A DNA stretch of 64,000 nt from an uncultured bacterium. Lineage in GTDB: Bacteria > Chloroflexota > UBA5177 > JANWHV01. The stretch is taken from positions 992,001-1,056,000 of the forward strand of contig CAVSOU010000010.1 in the NCBI GenBank assembly GCA_963729625.1, read 5' to 3'. Each line of letters starts with the position of its first letter. Position 1 is the stretch's first letter. A program made the translations under genes and the position numbers. The notes beneath the pieces were generated by a model. It did no database searches. It was not told the origin of the DNA and worked only from the letters and a program-made list of their open reading frames with translations. Below are positions 8,811 through 18,797 of the stretch, piece by piece.

Positions 8811-10463
8811 ATGCCGGAGCAGCAGCAAGGAACCGAGGATACCGTCGTCAACGAGGCATCCTTGGCAACCGACCCCACGGGCGTGCCGAATCTGGACCTG
8901 ATTCTGGGCGGCGGGCTGGTACGCGGCACGCTGGCCATCATCGTGGGGCAACCCGGATCCGGGAAGACGACGCTGGCCATACAAATGGCGTTCGCCGCCG
9001 CGCGCGCCGGGCGGCAGGTTTTGATCCTGACCGCGCTGTCCGAGCCGCCGAGCAAGCTCCTCGGACATCTGAGCGCGTACGCGTTCTACGATTCAGCGCT
9101 CATAGGCTTGCGTGTGAAGCTGCTCAGTCTGCAGCCTTTCCTGAGTGCCGGCCTGGCCAGCGCGAGCACTGCCATGATCGACCTGGTGCGCGCCGAGCGC
9201 GCCAGCCTCGTGGTCCTCGATGGCTTCAGCGGCATGCGCGCTACGGGAGCCGATCCGCATTCGGGCCGGCAATTCATGTTCGAGGTCGGCACCGCGTTGA
9301 GCGCGCAAGGAACGACCACGGTCATCACCACCGAAGCCCAGGTGCGCGATCCCAAGTTCTTCCCCGAGGCGACCACGGCCGACACGATCATCGGCATGCA
9401 TTTTGGCGTCTTCGATGAGCGGCAGCGGCGTCGGCTGGAGGTGGTGAAGGCACGCGGCGCCACGCCCCTGTCCGGCCTGCACAGCCTGGAGCTGAGCACG
9501 GCAGGTGTCATCGTATCTCCCCGCCTGGAGGCGCGGGCGGCACGGAGACCGACTGTCCCTGACGACGACAAGGTGGTCGCGGCCGCGCCGCCGCGTCCGG
9601 AAGACGCATCGCGGGCGGTGTTTGACCTCCCGGCGCTCGATGCGCTGCTGGACGGCGGCCTGACGCGTGCCACAACCACCGTGGTGATCGGCAGCGGCGG
9701 CACCGGCAAGACGCTTCTGAGCCTGCACTTTGCTCTGGCCGGCGTGCGGGCCGGTGAGCCGGTGGTGTTCCTGGGCTTCCACGAGGATCGACGGCAACTG
9801 TTACTCAAGGCCGACACCTTCAACCTGGGCCAGGATTTGCGCGCGGGACTGGCAAACGGAGGTGGACTGACGCTGCTGCATTATCCGCCCGTTGAGCTCG
9901 ATGCCGACGCGCTCGCCGACCAGCTTCTGGATGCCCTTGACCGCACGAGCGCGCGGAGATTGGTTGTAGACAGCGTTGCCGTGATCGAGCGCGCGGTCAG
10001 CGAAGGGAGCACGCCGCGCAGGGTGCAGAACTACCTGTCGGCGTTGATCACGGCGTTGCAGGCACGGCGAATCACGGCGCTCTTCACGAAGGAGACCGGC
10101 CCGCTCGCGGGATCCGATCTCGAGCTGGAGACGGACTTGAGCTCAAGCATCGCCGAGAACGTGGTGTGGCTCCAGGGCGTCATCTATCGAGGCAGCTTCT
10201 TCCGGCTACTCTCGGTGCTCAAGATGCGCTTCTCACGCCACGACCTCAGCTTGCGCGAATTCACCATCGCGTCCCCCGCCGGCATCGCCGTGCGGGCGGC
10301 GTCCGAAAGCGCGTCGGGGCTGCTGGCAGGCATCGAGCGCGAGCAGGGAGAGTTCCGGCCGAGCGCGGTTGCGGGCGCAGTCACCAGCCACGCACGCACG
10401 CGCGTGCGCCGCGGCCGTGCACAATCGCGGCTGGCCGAAGACGCGGCCAGGGATCAGGAATGA
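8811..10463 (+). CDS. KaiC-family double-domain RecA-type ATPase (copy 1)
   Basis: PTGVPNLDLILGGG, Walker A GQPGSGKT and GSGGTGKT, Walker B LVVLDG and RLVVDS, Arg-finger VKARG and LKMRFS. Confidence 0.9.
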   Translation: MPEQQQGTEDTVVNEASLATDPTGVPNLDLILGGGLVRGTLAIIVGQPGSGKTTLAIQMAFAAARAGRQVLILTALSEPPSKLLGHLSAYAFYDSALIGLRVKLLSLQPFLSAGLASASTAMIDLVRAERASLVVLDGFSGMRATGADPHSGRQFMFEVGTALSAQGTTTVITTEAQVRDPKFFPEATTADTIIGMHFGVFDERQRRRLEVVKARGATPLSGLHSLELSTAGVIVSPRLEARAARRPTVPDDDKVVAAAPPRPEDASRAVFDLPALDALLDGGLTRATTTVVIGSGGTGKTLLSLHFALAGVRAGEPVVFLGFHEDRRQLLLKADTFNLGQDLRAGLANGGGLTLLHYPPVELDADALADQLLDALDRTSARRLVVDSVAVIERAVSEGSTPRRVQNYLSALITALQARRITALFTKETGPLAGSDLELETDLSSSIAENVVWLQGVIYRGSFFRLLSVLKMRFSRHDLSLREFTIASPAGIAVRAASESASGLLAGIEREQGEFRPSAVAGAVTSHARTRVRRGRAQSRLAEDAARDQE

Positions 10464-10906
10464 GCGCGATGGAATCTGCCTTATCGACGCCGGATGCGTT
10501 AGGACCTGCCCTGGTGCTGATCGCAGAAGACGAGGAGCCGCTGGCCGAGACCGTTGCCCTCGCGGTACGTGAAGCGGGCTACACGCCACTGATAGCCCTC
10601 CATGGCCGGCAGGCCCTGGAGCTCGCGCGGGCGCGGCGGCCTGCGTTGCTCGTCCTGGACCTGATGCTTCCGTATCTCGATGGGGCAACAATTATCACCG
10701 CGCTGCGCGAGGATGCGCGCGCGACGGGCACGATGCCGCCGATAATCCTGATGACCGGGGCCAGCCTGGTGCAGGCCCGGGCAGCCGGTGCCGACGTCGT
10801 GCTACGGAAGCCGTTTCACCTGGCGGATCTCGTGCGATTCCTCCATCGCTTCTTGGCACATGCATCCAATGCCGCTGCGACTGAAGCACGCTCTTCTGAG
10901 GAATGA
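10460..10906 (+). CDS. Single-domain response regulator receiver (copy 1)
   Basis: ATGA overlap with KaiC copy 1; VLIAEDEE, LVLDLMLP (phospho-Asp), ILMTG, LRKPF. Confidence 0.9.
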   Translation: MSAMESALSTPDALGPALVLIAEDEEPLAETVALAVREAGYTPLIALHGRQALELARARRPALLVLDLMLPYLDGATIITALREDARATGTMPPIILMTGASLVQARAAGADVVLRKPFHLADLVRFLHRFLAHASNAAATEARSSEE

Positions 10907-11059
10907 GGCAGAATTGCATTGGCTAGCGACATGGCGGCACGACCGCTGTGGAAAGCGGGATGGTCGTCGCGAACACCTTCGCCGTCCGGCGCCCGCCACG
11001 GCACCGTCGACCAGTCCAACGTGCGAGTCTGATGAGCCGGAGAGAACCACGAGGAAAGG

Positions 11060-12628
11060 ATGGAGATGTATAGCGAACCGCATGAGAAAGTCGGCACCGA
11101 GGCAGAAGCAGCGCCGGAGTCGCTTGATCCGACCGGCGTGCCGAACCTGGATCTGCTGCTCGGCGGGGGTATGCCCCGAGGCGCCCTGGTGCTGCTGGTG
11201 GGTTCGCCCGGCAGTGGCAAGACAACTCTCGCCAGCCAGATGGCGTTCACCGCGGCGCGTGGCGGACGACGTGTCCTGATCCTCACGGCGCTCGCCGAGC
11301 CCGCCAACAAGCTTATCGCGCACCTGCGCTCCTTCACCTTCTACGACGAGTCGTTGGTAGGTGATGTGGTGCAGGTGTTCAGCTTGGCTCAGCATCTGGC
11401 GGAAGGGCTGAGCCAGGCCGCACTGCAAGTCATGGCGATGGTACGCCAGACGCGAGCCGATGTGGTCGTGCTGGATGGCTTTCGCGCTGTGATCGACGCG
11501 TCGGGCGACTCGCAAGGCGCGCGCGCCTTCCTGTATAAGGTGGGAACGGCCCTAAGCATGCCCGGCGTAACGGTGATCATCACCGCCGAGGCGACCCCCC
11601 GCGACCCCACGATCTTCCCCGAGGTCACAACCGCGGATGTGCTGTTGGGCTTGCACTACGGTCTTGAGGGTGCGCGACACCACCGGGCGATCGAAGTCAT
11701 TAAGCTGCGCGGTACAGCCCCCTTGGGTGGCCTGCATTGCCTTGCGATCTCGACATCTGGGGCTGTGATCTATCCCCGGCTGGAGGCGCGAGTGGCGTCC
11801 CTCGCCGAGCAGGCGGAAGAGGCGGCCGAATCGGATGAGCGCGCCGCGTTCGGTCTGCCCGAGCTGGACGCGCTCCTCTCGGGAGGCCTCACGCGCCAGA
11901 CCAGCACGTTGCTGCTGGGCAGCCTTGGCACGGGCAAGACGCTGCTCGGCCTGCATTTTGCCCTGGCCTGCGTTGCGGCGGGCGACGCAACCGTGTTCCT
12001 GGGCTTCCGCGAGTCGCGCGCCCAATTGCTGCGGCTGGCCGACATCTTCGCCCTGGGGCCACGCCTGCGCGCCGCGCTTGCTCAGGGAGGGGGGCTTGCG
12101 CTCCTGCGCTTGGACCCGGTAGAGCTCGACCCGGACATCGTAGCGGACGAGCTACTGGCCGCGCTCGACGCACACGGGGCACGGCGGCTGGTAGTAGACA
12201 GCGTCGCCGAGCTTGAGCGCGCGGCGGGCACTCGCGATGCACGACGCGTGGACGATTATCTGGCAGCGCTGCTCAAGGCACTGCGTGCGCGCGGGGTGAC
12301 CGCGCTTTTCGTCAAGGAGAACCGGACGCTGCTGACAGAGCAGTTGCAGTTCACAGCCGACGCGCTCGCGATCCTGGCCGAGAACGTACTGGTGCTGCAG
12401 CAGGTCACCTATCGGGATCAGCTCGTTCGCGTGCTTTCGGTGCTCAAGATGCGCTTCTCGGCGCATGATGTGGCACTGCGTGAGTTCCGCATCACGCCGA
12501 CAGGCATCATGGTGCTTGCCCCCAGGGAGACGCGTGCCGAGCTGCTGACAGGGATCGCACGCCAACAGGGAGCACCGATTGCCGCCAGTGAGAATGTCGC
12601 TGAGTCCCCACCGAAGACAACTCCGTGA
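11060..12628 (+). CDS. KaiC-family double-domain RecA-type ATPase (copy 2)
   Basis: PTGVPNLDLLLGGG, GSPGSGKT and GSLGTGKT, VVVLDG and RLVVDS, IKLRG and LKMRFS; clearly paralogous to 8811-10463. Confidence 0.9.
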   Translation: MEMYSEPHEKVGTEAEAAPESLDPTGVPNLDLLLGGGMPRGALVLLVGSPGSGKTTLASQMAFTAARGGRRVLILTALAEPANKLIAHLRSFTFYDESLVGDVVQVFSLAQHLAEGLSQAALQVMAMVRQTRADVVVLDGFRAVIDASGDSQGARAFLYKVGTALSMPGVTVIITAEATPRDPTIFPEVTTADVLLGLHYGLEGARHHRAIEVIKLRGTAPLGGLHCLAISTSGAVIYPRLEARVASLAEQAEEAAESDERAAFGLPELDALLSGGLTRQTSTLLLGSLGTGKTLLGLHFALACVAAGDATVFLGFRESRAQLLRLADIFALGPRLRAALAQGGGLALLRLDPVELDPDIVADELLAALDAHGARRLVVDSVAELERAAGTRDARRVDDYLAALLKALRARGVTALFVKENRTLLTEQLQFTADALAILAENVLVLQQVTYRDQLVRVLSVLKMRFSAHDVALREFRITPTGIMVLAPRETRAELLTGIARQQGAPIAASENVAESPPKTTP

Positions 12629-13038
12629 CTATACCGACTCCGCCCGTTGTCCTGATCGTCGACGATGATGAGCCCATCGCGCAGTACGTGGCCGATGTGG
12701 TGGCCCAGGCGGGATATCACCCCGTGATTGCGATGAACGGGCAAGAGGCGATCGGGCTAGTACGGGCGCATTCGCCTGCGTTGGTCATCACCGACCTGAT
12801 GATGCCGTACCTGAGTGTTGCCGAGCTGATCGCGGCCTTGCGGGCCGAGGCGGTCAAGAACGGAGCGCGCATTCCGGTGATTCTGATCACGGCGGTCGGC
12901 CTCCCCGTTGCGCGCGCCGCTGGGGCCGACGCCATCCTGCGCAAGCCTTTCAGACTGGAATACCTGCTGGCGCTGCTGCACCGGTTTCTCGCTGCGGGCA
13001 GCTCGGAACGCACATCGCGAGCGGCGAAGGACGAGTAG
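12625..13038 (+). CDS. Single-domain response regulator receiver (copy 2)
   Basis: GTGA overlap with KaiC copy 2; VLIVDDDE, VITDLMMP, LITA, LRKPF. Confidence 0.9.
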   Translation: MTIPTPPVVLIVDDDEPIAQYVADVVAQAGYHPVIAMNGQEAIGLVRAHSPALVITDLMMPYLSVAELIAALRAEAVKNGARIPVILITAVGLPVARAAGADAILRKPFRLEYLLALLHRFLAAGSSERTSRAAKDE

Positions 13039-13120
13039 TTCGACGTATCATTCGTAACCGGTGGACGGCGCGGCCATTGCGCCTCGCGGAGAACACACGT
13101 CTGACATTGAGACACATGCA

Positions 13121-13154
13121 TCGGCCCCCGTCTCTTGATAGAGACGGGGGCCGA
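13121..13154. terminator. Strong hairpin between convergent genes, probably a bidirectional terminator
   Basis: TCGGCCCCCGTCTCT-tgat-AGAGACGGGGGCCGA, a perfect 15-bp stem; no clear U-tract. Confidence 0.75.
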
Positions 13155-13170
13155 CCTTGCGGAGGGACGA

Positions 13171-15768
13171 CTAGAAGACCAGGATGGCGGCCTGGGCATG
13201 ACGGCCGCTCTTGGCGCCGGTCGCCAGCAGCGTCGCCTTGACCCTATGGAATTGCGACGGCATCCGGAAGCTGGCATGAGCGAAGTTGCCATGGCTGTCG
13301 GCAGAGACCGCAAGCACCAACTGGCCGTTCACGCGCAACAACACGATCTCGCGTGCTGTATAGCCGTGTCCGGACACGGTAACAGTCCCGTTCCGCTGCA
13401 CTACCGTGGGCGACACCGAGATGCCGACGCCCGGAATCGCCGTGACGCGGACGTGCACCGTTGCGGAACGCCCGCTGCGCGCGCCGGTCACGCTCACCGA
13501 GAAGGTGCCGTAGGGGCTGTTCACGGGCACCTGGAAGCTGGCCTTACCGAAGTTGCCGTGGCTGTCGACCTCGGCAGCTCCCGCCAAACTCCCGCGGAAG
13601 CGAATCAGCACGATCTCGCCACCTTGATAGCCGCTACCGGACACGGTGACCTTGCTGCCCCGGTGCAGATTCGTCGACGACAGCGTGAGCCGCGGCGCGG
13701 CAGGCGCCGCGGCGATGATGTGCAGCGCTGCCCTGGCGCTGCGCCCACTGCGCGAGCCGGTCGTCGTGACGTAGGTGACGCCGTAGGGCGCGGTACCCGG
13801 CACCGTGAAGCCGGCATTGGCGAAGTGACCGTTGCCGTCGGTGGCGATCGCCTGTACGAGGGTGTTGCCGAAGCGGATCAGGACGACCTCGCCGGCCACA
13901 AAGTTGGCGCCACTCACCCGCACGACGGCCCCGCGATGGGCCGTGCTCGGCGCGAGCCCGATGCTCGCCGTCACCGGCTGCACCACGCGCAAGGTGGTGG
14001 AGGCAACCCGGTGGCTGATCGCCCCGGTGACGCTCAGGGTATGCGTGCCCAGCGCGGCGCTGAAGGCGCGCAGGCTGCTGAAGGTTCCGGATCCATTGGC
14101 GGCGATGATCCCCACAAGGACATTGTCCAGGCGCACGAGCACCTGCTCACCCGGCGTGAAACCAGAGCCGCTGAGCGTGGCATTCTTTCCTGGCGTAATA
14201 GTGGAGGGATTCACATACAGCCGCGGCGTGATCACCGGTGGCGCGGCGTTGACGGTCAGCACGACCGAGGCGCCGCGGCCGCTGCTGGCGCCGACTGCCA
14301 GCACCTTGTAGCGGCCGGGTCCCAGCGTGCTCGGCACGATGAAGACGCCATTGGTGAAGGAGCCTGACGCGCTGGCGGTCAGGTACTGCACCAGCACGTT
14401 ATTCACGCTGACCAGGACGGTCTCGCCGGGCTGGTAACCCGTGCCGGCCACCAGCACCTGCATGCCAATCGTGGCGCTGAGCGGGCTGATGGCGATACCT
14501 GCCACAGGCACGGGTTGCGGCGCCACCACGATCAGCGCGGTGCTCGCCGAGCGCTGGCTGGTCGCGCCGAAGGCCGTGACGTGATACGTGCCCGAGGCCG
14601 TGCCGGACGGCACGGTGAGCACCACGCCGGCGAAGTTGCCGGCGCTGTTCGCGGCGATGCCGCTCTCCAGGGTCCCGTTGAACCGGATCAGGACCGTCTC
14701 ATTCGGCGCAAAGCCACTGCCGCTGATCACCACCTGCGAGCCAGGGCTGGTGACCGCCGCGCTGATGATCACGACCGGATTGGCCGGCGGTGTCGGTGCA
14801 GGCGTCGCGCTTGCCGTCGCGGTGGCCGTGGCCGACGTCGGCGCCACCACTGCCACCTGGGTGCTTATGGAGCGCGCGCTGCTCGCGCCATACACTTGCA
14901 GCGCGTAGCTTCCGGGACCCAGATTTGCGGGCACCGGCAGCTTCGTCAAGGCGAACGCCCCGTCTCCGTCGGTCGTGACGACCACGGCGCTCACGCCGCC
15001 GTTGAGAAAGATCTCGGCCCGCTCATTCGCTTTGAAGCCGGCGCCCTTGACGCTGAGGTCCGTGCCGAACACAGCCGGATTGGGCGTCATGGAGATGGTC
15101 GGCGCCGGCGCCGGCGCGATAACGTGAAAGATCTGCACGCCAAAGAGGCCACTCTGGTTACCCTGGGCGTAGACATGATGCAGGCCAATGCTCACGCCCG
15201 TCGGGATAGGCACGTTTACCACGAGCGCGCCCTGGCCGTCGGCGACCGCCGTGAAGCTCACGCCGTTCGGCGCACTGACCGCCACGGTCTCGCCGGGTCG
15301 GAACCCGCCGGCTGCCAACGGCAGCGAACCGCCTGCCGTGGCACTTGTCTGGCTGAGGTTGAGCTGGACCGGGTTAGCCTGGATCGGAGCCCACGGCCAG
15401 ATGAGTCCGCCGGCCACGGTATGCAGGGTCAATACGGTGCCGTCCGGCAGCGTCGCGACAGTACCGGGATCCAGGTTGATAATGGTTGATGAGTCGTAGG
15501 CAAGGGCGCTGAATGTGGCGGGCGAATCGATCCAATGTCGCGCCTGGGCCCAGACCAGGTAGACCCGGCTAGACGACGTGTCGCGGATCAGCGTGCCATC
15601 GGGCAGCGTCGCCGTCGCGACGGCGCGAGCAGGCGCGGACATCACCGTGGCCGCATGCGCCGGCAGACCGGACATGCCGGGCAGCAAGAGCAGCGCGAAC
15701 AGGATACCGGCGCCAAGGCGCAGGGCAGAGCGCATACCGCGACCGGCGTCATTGATGAGTGTGGACAT
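13171..15768 (-). CDS. Secreted/surface protein with about 8 Ig-like (IPT/TIG-like) repeats
   Basis: AGGAG SD; signal peptide ending in AHA; N-terminal DGTLIRD...RVYLV...RHWIDSP module; eight G-x-G/N-F/Y-x-x-G/N-E-x-V repeats. Confidence 0.8.
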   Translation of the reverse strand: MSTLINDAGRGMRSALRLGAGILFALLLLPGMSGLPAHAATVMSAPARAVATATLPDGTLIRDTSSSRVYLVWAQARHWIDSPATFSALAYDSSTIINLDPGTVATLPDGTVLTLHTVAGGLIWPWAPIQANPVQLNLSQTSATAGGSLPLAAGGFRPGETVAVSAPNGVSFTAVADGQGALVVNVPIPTGVSIGLHHVYAQGNQSGLFGVQIFHVIAPAPAPTISMTPNPAVFGTDLSVKGAGFKANERAEIFLNGGVSAVVVTTDGDGAFALTKLPVPANLGPGSYALQVYGASSARSISTQVAVVAPTSATATATASATPAPTPPANPVVIISAAVTSPGSQVVISGSGFAPNETVLIRFNGTLESGIAANSAGNFAGVVLTVPSGTASGTYHVTAFGATSQRSASTALIVVAPQPVPVAGIAISPLSATIGMQVLVAGTGYQPGETVLVSVNNVLVQYLTASASGSFTNGVFIVPSTLGPGRYKVLAVGASSGRGASVVLTVNAAPPVITPRLYVNPSTITPGKNATLSGSGFTPGEQVLVRLDNVLVGIIAANGSGTFSSLRAFSAALGTHTLSVTGAISHRVASTTLRVVQPVTASIGLAPSTAHRGAVVRVSGANFVAGEVVLIRFGNTLVQAIATDGNGHFANAGFTVPGTAPYGVTYVTTTGSRSGRSARAALHIIAAAPAAPRLTLSSTNLHRGSKVTVSGSGYQGGEIVLIRFRGSLAGAAEVDSHGNFGKASFQVPVNSPYGTFSVSVTGARSGRSATVHVRVTAIPGVGISVSPTVVQRNGTVTVSGHGYTAREIVLLRVNGQLVLAVSADSHGNFAHASFRMPSQFHRVKATLLATGAKSGRHAQAAILVF

Positions 15769-15873
15769 TTGTTTCTCCTTCTGAGAGACCTTTCTCGGGC
15801 CCGCCCCAGGGCGCGGCGCTCATTGCGCCACGCGCTGGGGCGCCGATCTCGAACCTGCCCCAGTGCCTCAGCG

Positions 15874-18777
15874 CTACTGCGCCACGCCCTGGGTGCTGGT
15901 CGCCTGCTGGGTCCTGGTATTCAGCTCCGACTGCTCGGCAAGGAAGACCCGGTCGTTCGTACTCTTGAGCATTGCCCCGTAGCGGCCAGCGGATAGACCG
16001 GGAATCGCGTTGACGTTCAGAGCCGTGTCGCTGTACGGCGGAAGGTTCAGATCCTGTGTGACGGTGGAGCCGGCCGCGGTGTAGAACGTGGCATGTATCG
16101 TGGCGGTCTTCAGACCCGGGTTGAACAGGAAGATCGTGGACTGCGTGCCATCGGCCGTGCCGCCGCCGGGTAAGGCCCAGGAGAGTCCGCCGCCGTTGCT
16201 GCCAAAGACCACGCTGCCCGAGGTGGCCAGGCCCAGGTTCGCCGGTCCGTTATAGTCCGGCCGCTCCACGACCACCGGCACATTGCTCGTCAGGATAGTG
16301 GCTACTTCGGCGTTGGGCAGTACGTCGTTGAGCTTGATGTTGCCGCGCCGCAGCGCGTTGACGACAATCGTCCGCGACCCGACCGGCTTGCCCGTGCGGT
16401 CGAAGAACGTCGCGGTCACCGCGGCAGGCGCTGCCTGGTTGGGGTTCAAGATGCTGAAGAACGTCTGGTGATCGCCGGAGCTGACACCCTGGGCAAAGAA
16501 CCAAACCGTCGAGGCGCTGGTGACGCCGATCTTGTCATGTGCGCCACGACCCCCGATGCCGAAGCGCATGGTGCGTTCCACCACCACGTCCGTATTGGCC
16601 GTGACGATGGCGCTGAAAGACTGCCCGGGCATGTACTGGCTGGCGTCAATCGTGATGTTCGAGCGCGGTTGCAGCTCGAAGCGGACCTCGCGAGCCGGCC
16701 GGTCGTTGAAGGGGAGGAAGCGCACGTCGACCGCGGCGAAGGTCGTGGCCGGGTTCATCACCGCGATTTGCTCGCGGAAGCTCCCATTGGTGTAGCCCTC
16801 CGCCAGGTACCAGGTCTTCGCTGGCCCCGGCGCGCCCAGTGCGGTCGTTGCATCGCCCGTGCCGTAGCTGACACTGCTCTCAGCGCTGATCTGGCGGTCG
16901 GCCTCCAGCAGCGTGGAGACATGGCGGCCCGGCCCGGCCGCCTGCGCCAGGTCGATGGACGCCACGCTGTGCGGCGCCACGACCATCGAGTAGGTGCGCT
17001 CCGGCCCGTCCTGATAGAGGAAGGTCATCTTCACGCTAGCAGGAAGATCTCCGGGATTGAGCATGGAGATGGTGGTCCGCGTGTTCCCGGTGGTGTCACC
17101 ATTGACGAAGTACCAGCGCGTCGCAACTGGCAGCGTCGCCGTGAGGTTGGTCGAGATGCTCGCCCTGCTGCTGACGCCACTGGCTATCACGATGTTCGTG
17201 CCGTTGATCACCGTGGCGGGCGTCACGAACGTCGCGCCGAAGTGGCCGATACCGTCGGCCAGAACGGTGGTCGGCGCGGTAAGCAGTGCCGACCCGTTGA
17301 GCGCAAGCACGATCTGCTCACCAGGAGCGAAGCCGCTGCCTTGCACCGCCACGGTCGCGCCTGGCGACAGGGTGCCAGTGGAAAGCGTGAGACGGGGGGC
17401 CAGGGCCGCGACCTTAGTGTCGAGGCTGGCCACCGTCTTGCCCCCGACCATCGCCTGCAGGGCATAGGGGCCGGCAGGAGTGGTCGCGGGCAGCGTGACA
17501 CCCGCCGGACCGATGGCGCCCTTGCTCGTGGCGCCGATCGTGGCCAGTGGTATGGTCCCGCCCGGGCCGGCAAGGGTGATGGTCACCTGGCCGCCGGCCG
17601 GGAAGTTGCTCCCTGCCAGCTGCACCAGCCCGCCGGGACTGAGCAGGTAGACCGCGCCGGCTACGTGCGTGGTGTCCAGAATGCCGAGGATCGGCGCTGC
17701 CGGCGGCGGCGCCTGCACGGTAAGCGGGCTTGTTGCCGACCGGCCGCTGGTATGCCCAAACGCGGTCAACGTCAAGGAGCCGGAGGGCACGAGCGTGGGA
17801 ATCACCAGCTTGGCGATGCTGAACGCACCGCCGGTGTTGGCCACGACGGCCGCCAGAGTCAGAGCCGGCAAGGTGCCGCCTGTCAGCTGGATGGAGACCG
17901 TCTCGCCGGGGATGTATCCCTTGCCGGAAACGCTGAGGGCGTCGCCTGCCTTGATGGAGCTACTGCCAAGGGACAGGACCGCGGGCAGGGACCCGATGGC
18001 AATCTGGGCCGTACTGCTCAGGTGGCTGCTTGCCCCGGTAGCGACGGCGCTGTCCGTTCCTTGTGGCGTGTTCGCCGGTACGCTTGTGTTCAGGCTAAAG
18101 GAGCCCGCCGCGTTGGCGCGTACCGTACCCAGCTTGGCGCTGCTCGCCAGTGCCACCAGGTCGACCTCCACGAGCTCGCCGGGCTGAAAGTGGCTGCCGC
18201 TGACGCTGATCCGGTCGCCCGGCTTGGCGGAAGTGGGTGCGACCAGCAACGTGGCCACCGCGGCATGGACCGTGACCAGCACGGTCGCCCGCTGTTTGGA
18301 AAGTTGGCCGGAAGCGACCAGCTGCACCTTGCCGGCCGGGGCGTTGAAGGGCACCTGAATGGTCTTCGGTCCGAAGTTGCCCGATGTGCCGGCACGCGTT
18401 TGCCCGATCTTCACCGAGGCTGAGCCGGAGGGTGTCATCAGGTAGATGAATACCATTTCGCCCGCTGTGAACCCTGTCCCCTGGACTTTGATGCTGTCAC
18501 TGGGGGCGAAGGCTGTTGGGCTACTGCTAAGGGAAGCAGTGGGGGTCAGCGCCGCCGTGGGGGTCAGCGTCGCCGTGGCTGTAACGTCCCCTGCGCCCTG
18601 CAGCACGAGTAGCTGCTGCGTCTGGGCACCTTGCGGCACGATAGCTTGGGATGTCGACGCGCCGGCGGCGCGAACGGATCCAGCAGGGCCGCTCGTGCCA
18701 AGGGCCGCGGGTACCACGAACAGGAGCAAGAACGCGCTGGTAATGATACGCGCAAGGATCGCGTGATGATGTCGCAT
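15874..18777 (-). CDS. Secreted protein with 5 Ig-like repeats and a C-terminal 4-repeat WYxAEGxT (DUF5719-like) region
   Basis: AAGGAGG SD before ATG 18777; signal peptide; GxGFxPGExV repeats; RWYFVNGDT, TWYLAEGYT, VWFFAQG and SWALPGG units, each followed by an xxNP motif. Confidence 0.8.
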   Translation of the reverse strand: MRHHHAILARIITSAFLLLFVVPAALGTSGPAGSVRAAGASTSQAIVPQGAQTQQLLVLQGAGDVTATATLTPTAALTPTASLSSSPTAFAPSDSIKVQGTGFTAGEMVFIYLMTPSGSASVKIGQTRAGTSGNFGPKTIQVPFNAPAGKVQLVASGQLSKQRATVLVTVHAAVATLLVAPTSAKPGDRISVSGSHFQPGELVEVDLVALASSAKLGTVRANAAGSFSLNTSVPANTPQGTDSAVATGASSHLSSTAQIAIGSLPAVLSLGSSSIKAGDALSVSGKGYIPGETVSIQLTGGTLPALTLAAVVANTGGAFSIAKLVIPTLVPSGSLTLTAFGHTSGRSATSPLTVQAPPPAAPILGILDTTHVAGAVYLLSPGGLVQLAGSNFPAGGQVTITLAGPGGTIPLATIGATSKGAIGPAGVTLPATTPAGPYALQAMVGGKTVASLDTKVAALAPRLTLSTGTLSPGATVAVQGSGFAPGEQIVLALNGSALLTAPTTVLADGIGHFGATFVTPATVINGTNIVIASGVSSRASISTNLTATLPVATRWYFVNGDTTGNTRTTISMLNPGDLPASVKMTFLYQDGPERTYSMVVAPHSVASIDLAQAAGPGRHVSTLLEADRQISAESSVSYGTGDATTALGAPGPAKTWYLAEGYTNGSFREQIAVMNPATTFAAVDVRFLPFNDRPAREVRFELQPRSNITIDASQYMPGQSFSAIVTANTDVVVERTMRFGIGGRGAHDKIGVTSASTVWFFAQGVSSGDHQTFFSILNPNQAAPAAVTATFFDRTGKPVGSRTIVVNALRRGNIKLNDVLPNAEVATILTSNVPVVVERPDYNGPANLGLATSGSVVFGSNGGGLSWALPGGGTADGTQSTIFLFNPGLKTATIHATFYTAAGSTVTQDLNLPPYSDTALNVNAIPGLSAGRYGAMLKSTNDRVFLAEQSELNTRTQQATSTQGVAQ

Positions 18778-18797
18778 GTGTTCCTCCTTGCAGCCGG

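Noticed and set aside
8811-12628. Canonical kaiABC circadian clock, or RadA/RecA repair genes
   Set aside because: No kaiA/kaiB in the window, the EE and ST motifs diverge, and there is no RadA zinc finger or Lon-like domain. Called KaiC-family only.
13135-18423. Long plus-strand ORFs 13135-14367, 14515-15489 and 16468-18423
   Set aside because: These are antisense shadows of the minus-strand surface-protein genes; Arg/Gly-rich nonsense typical of high-GC DNA.
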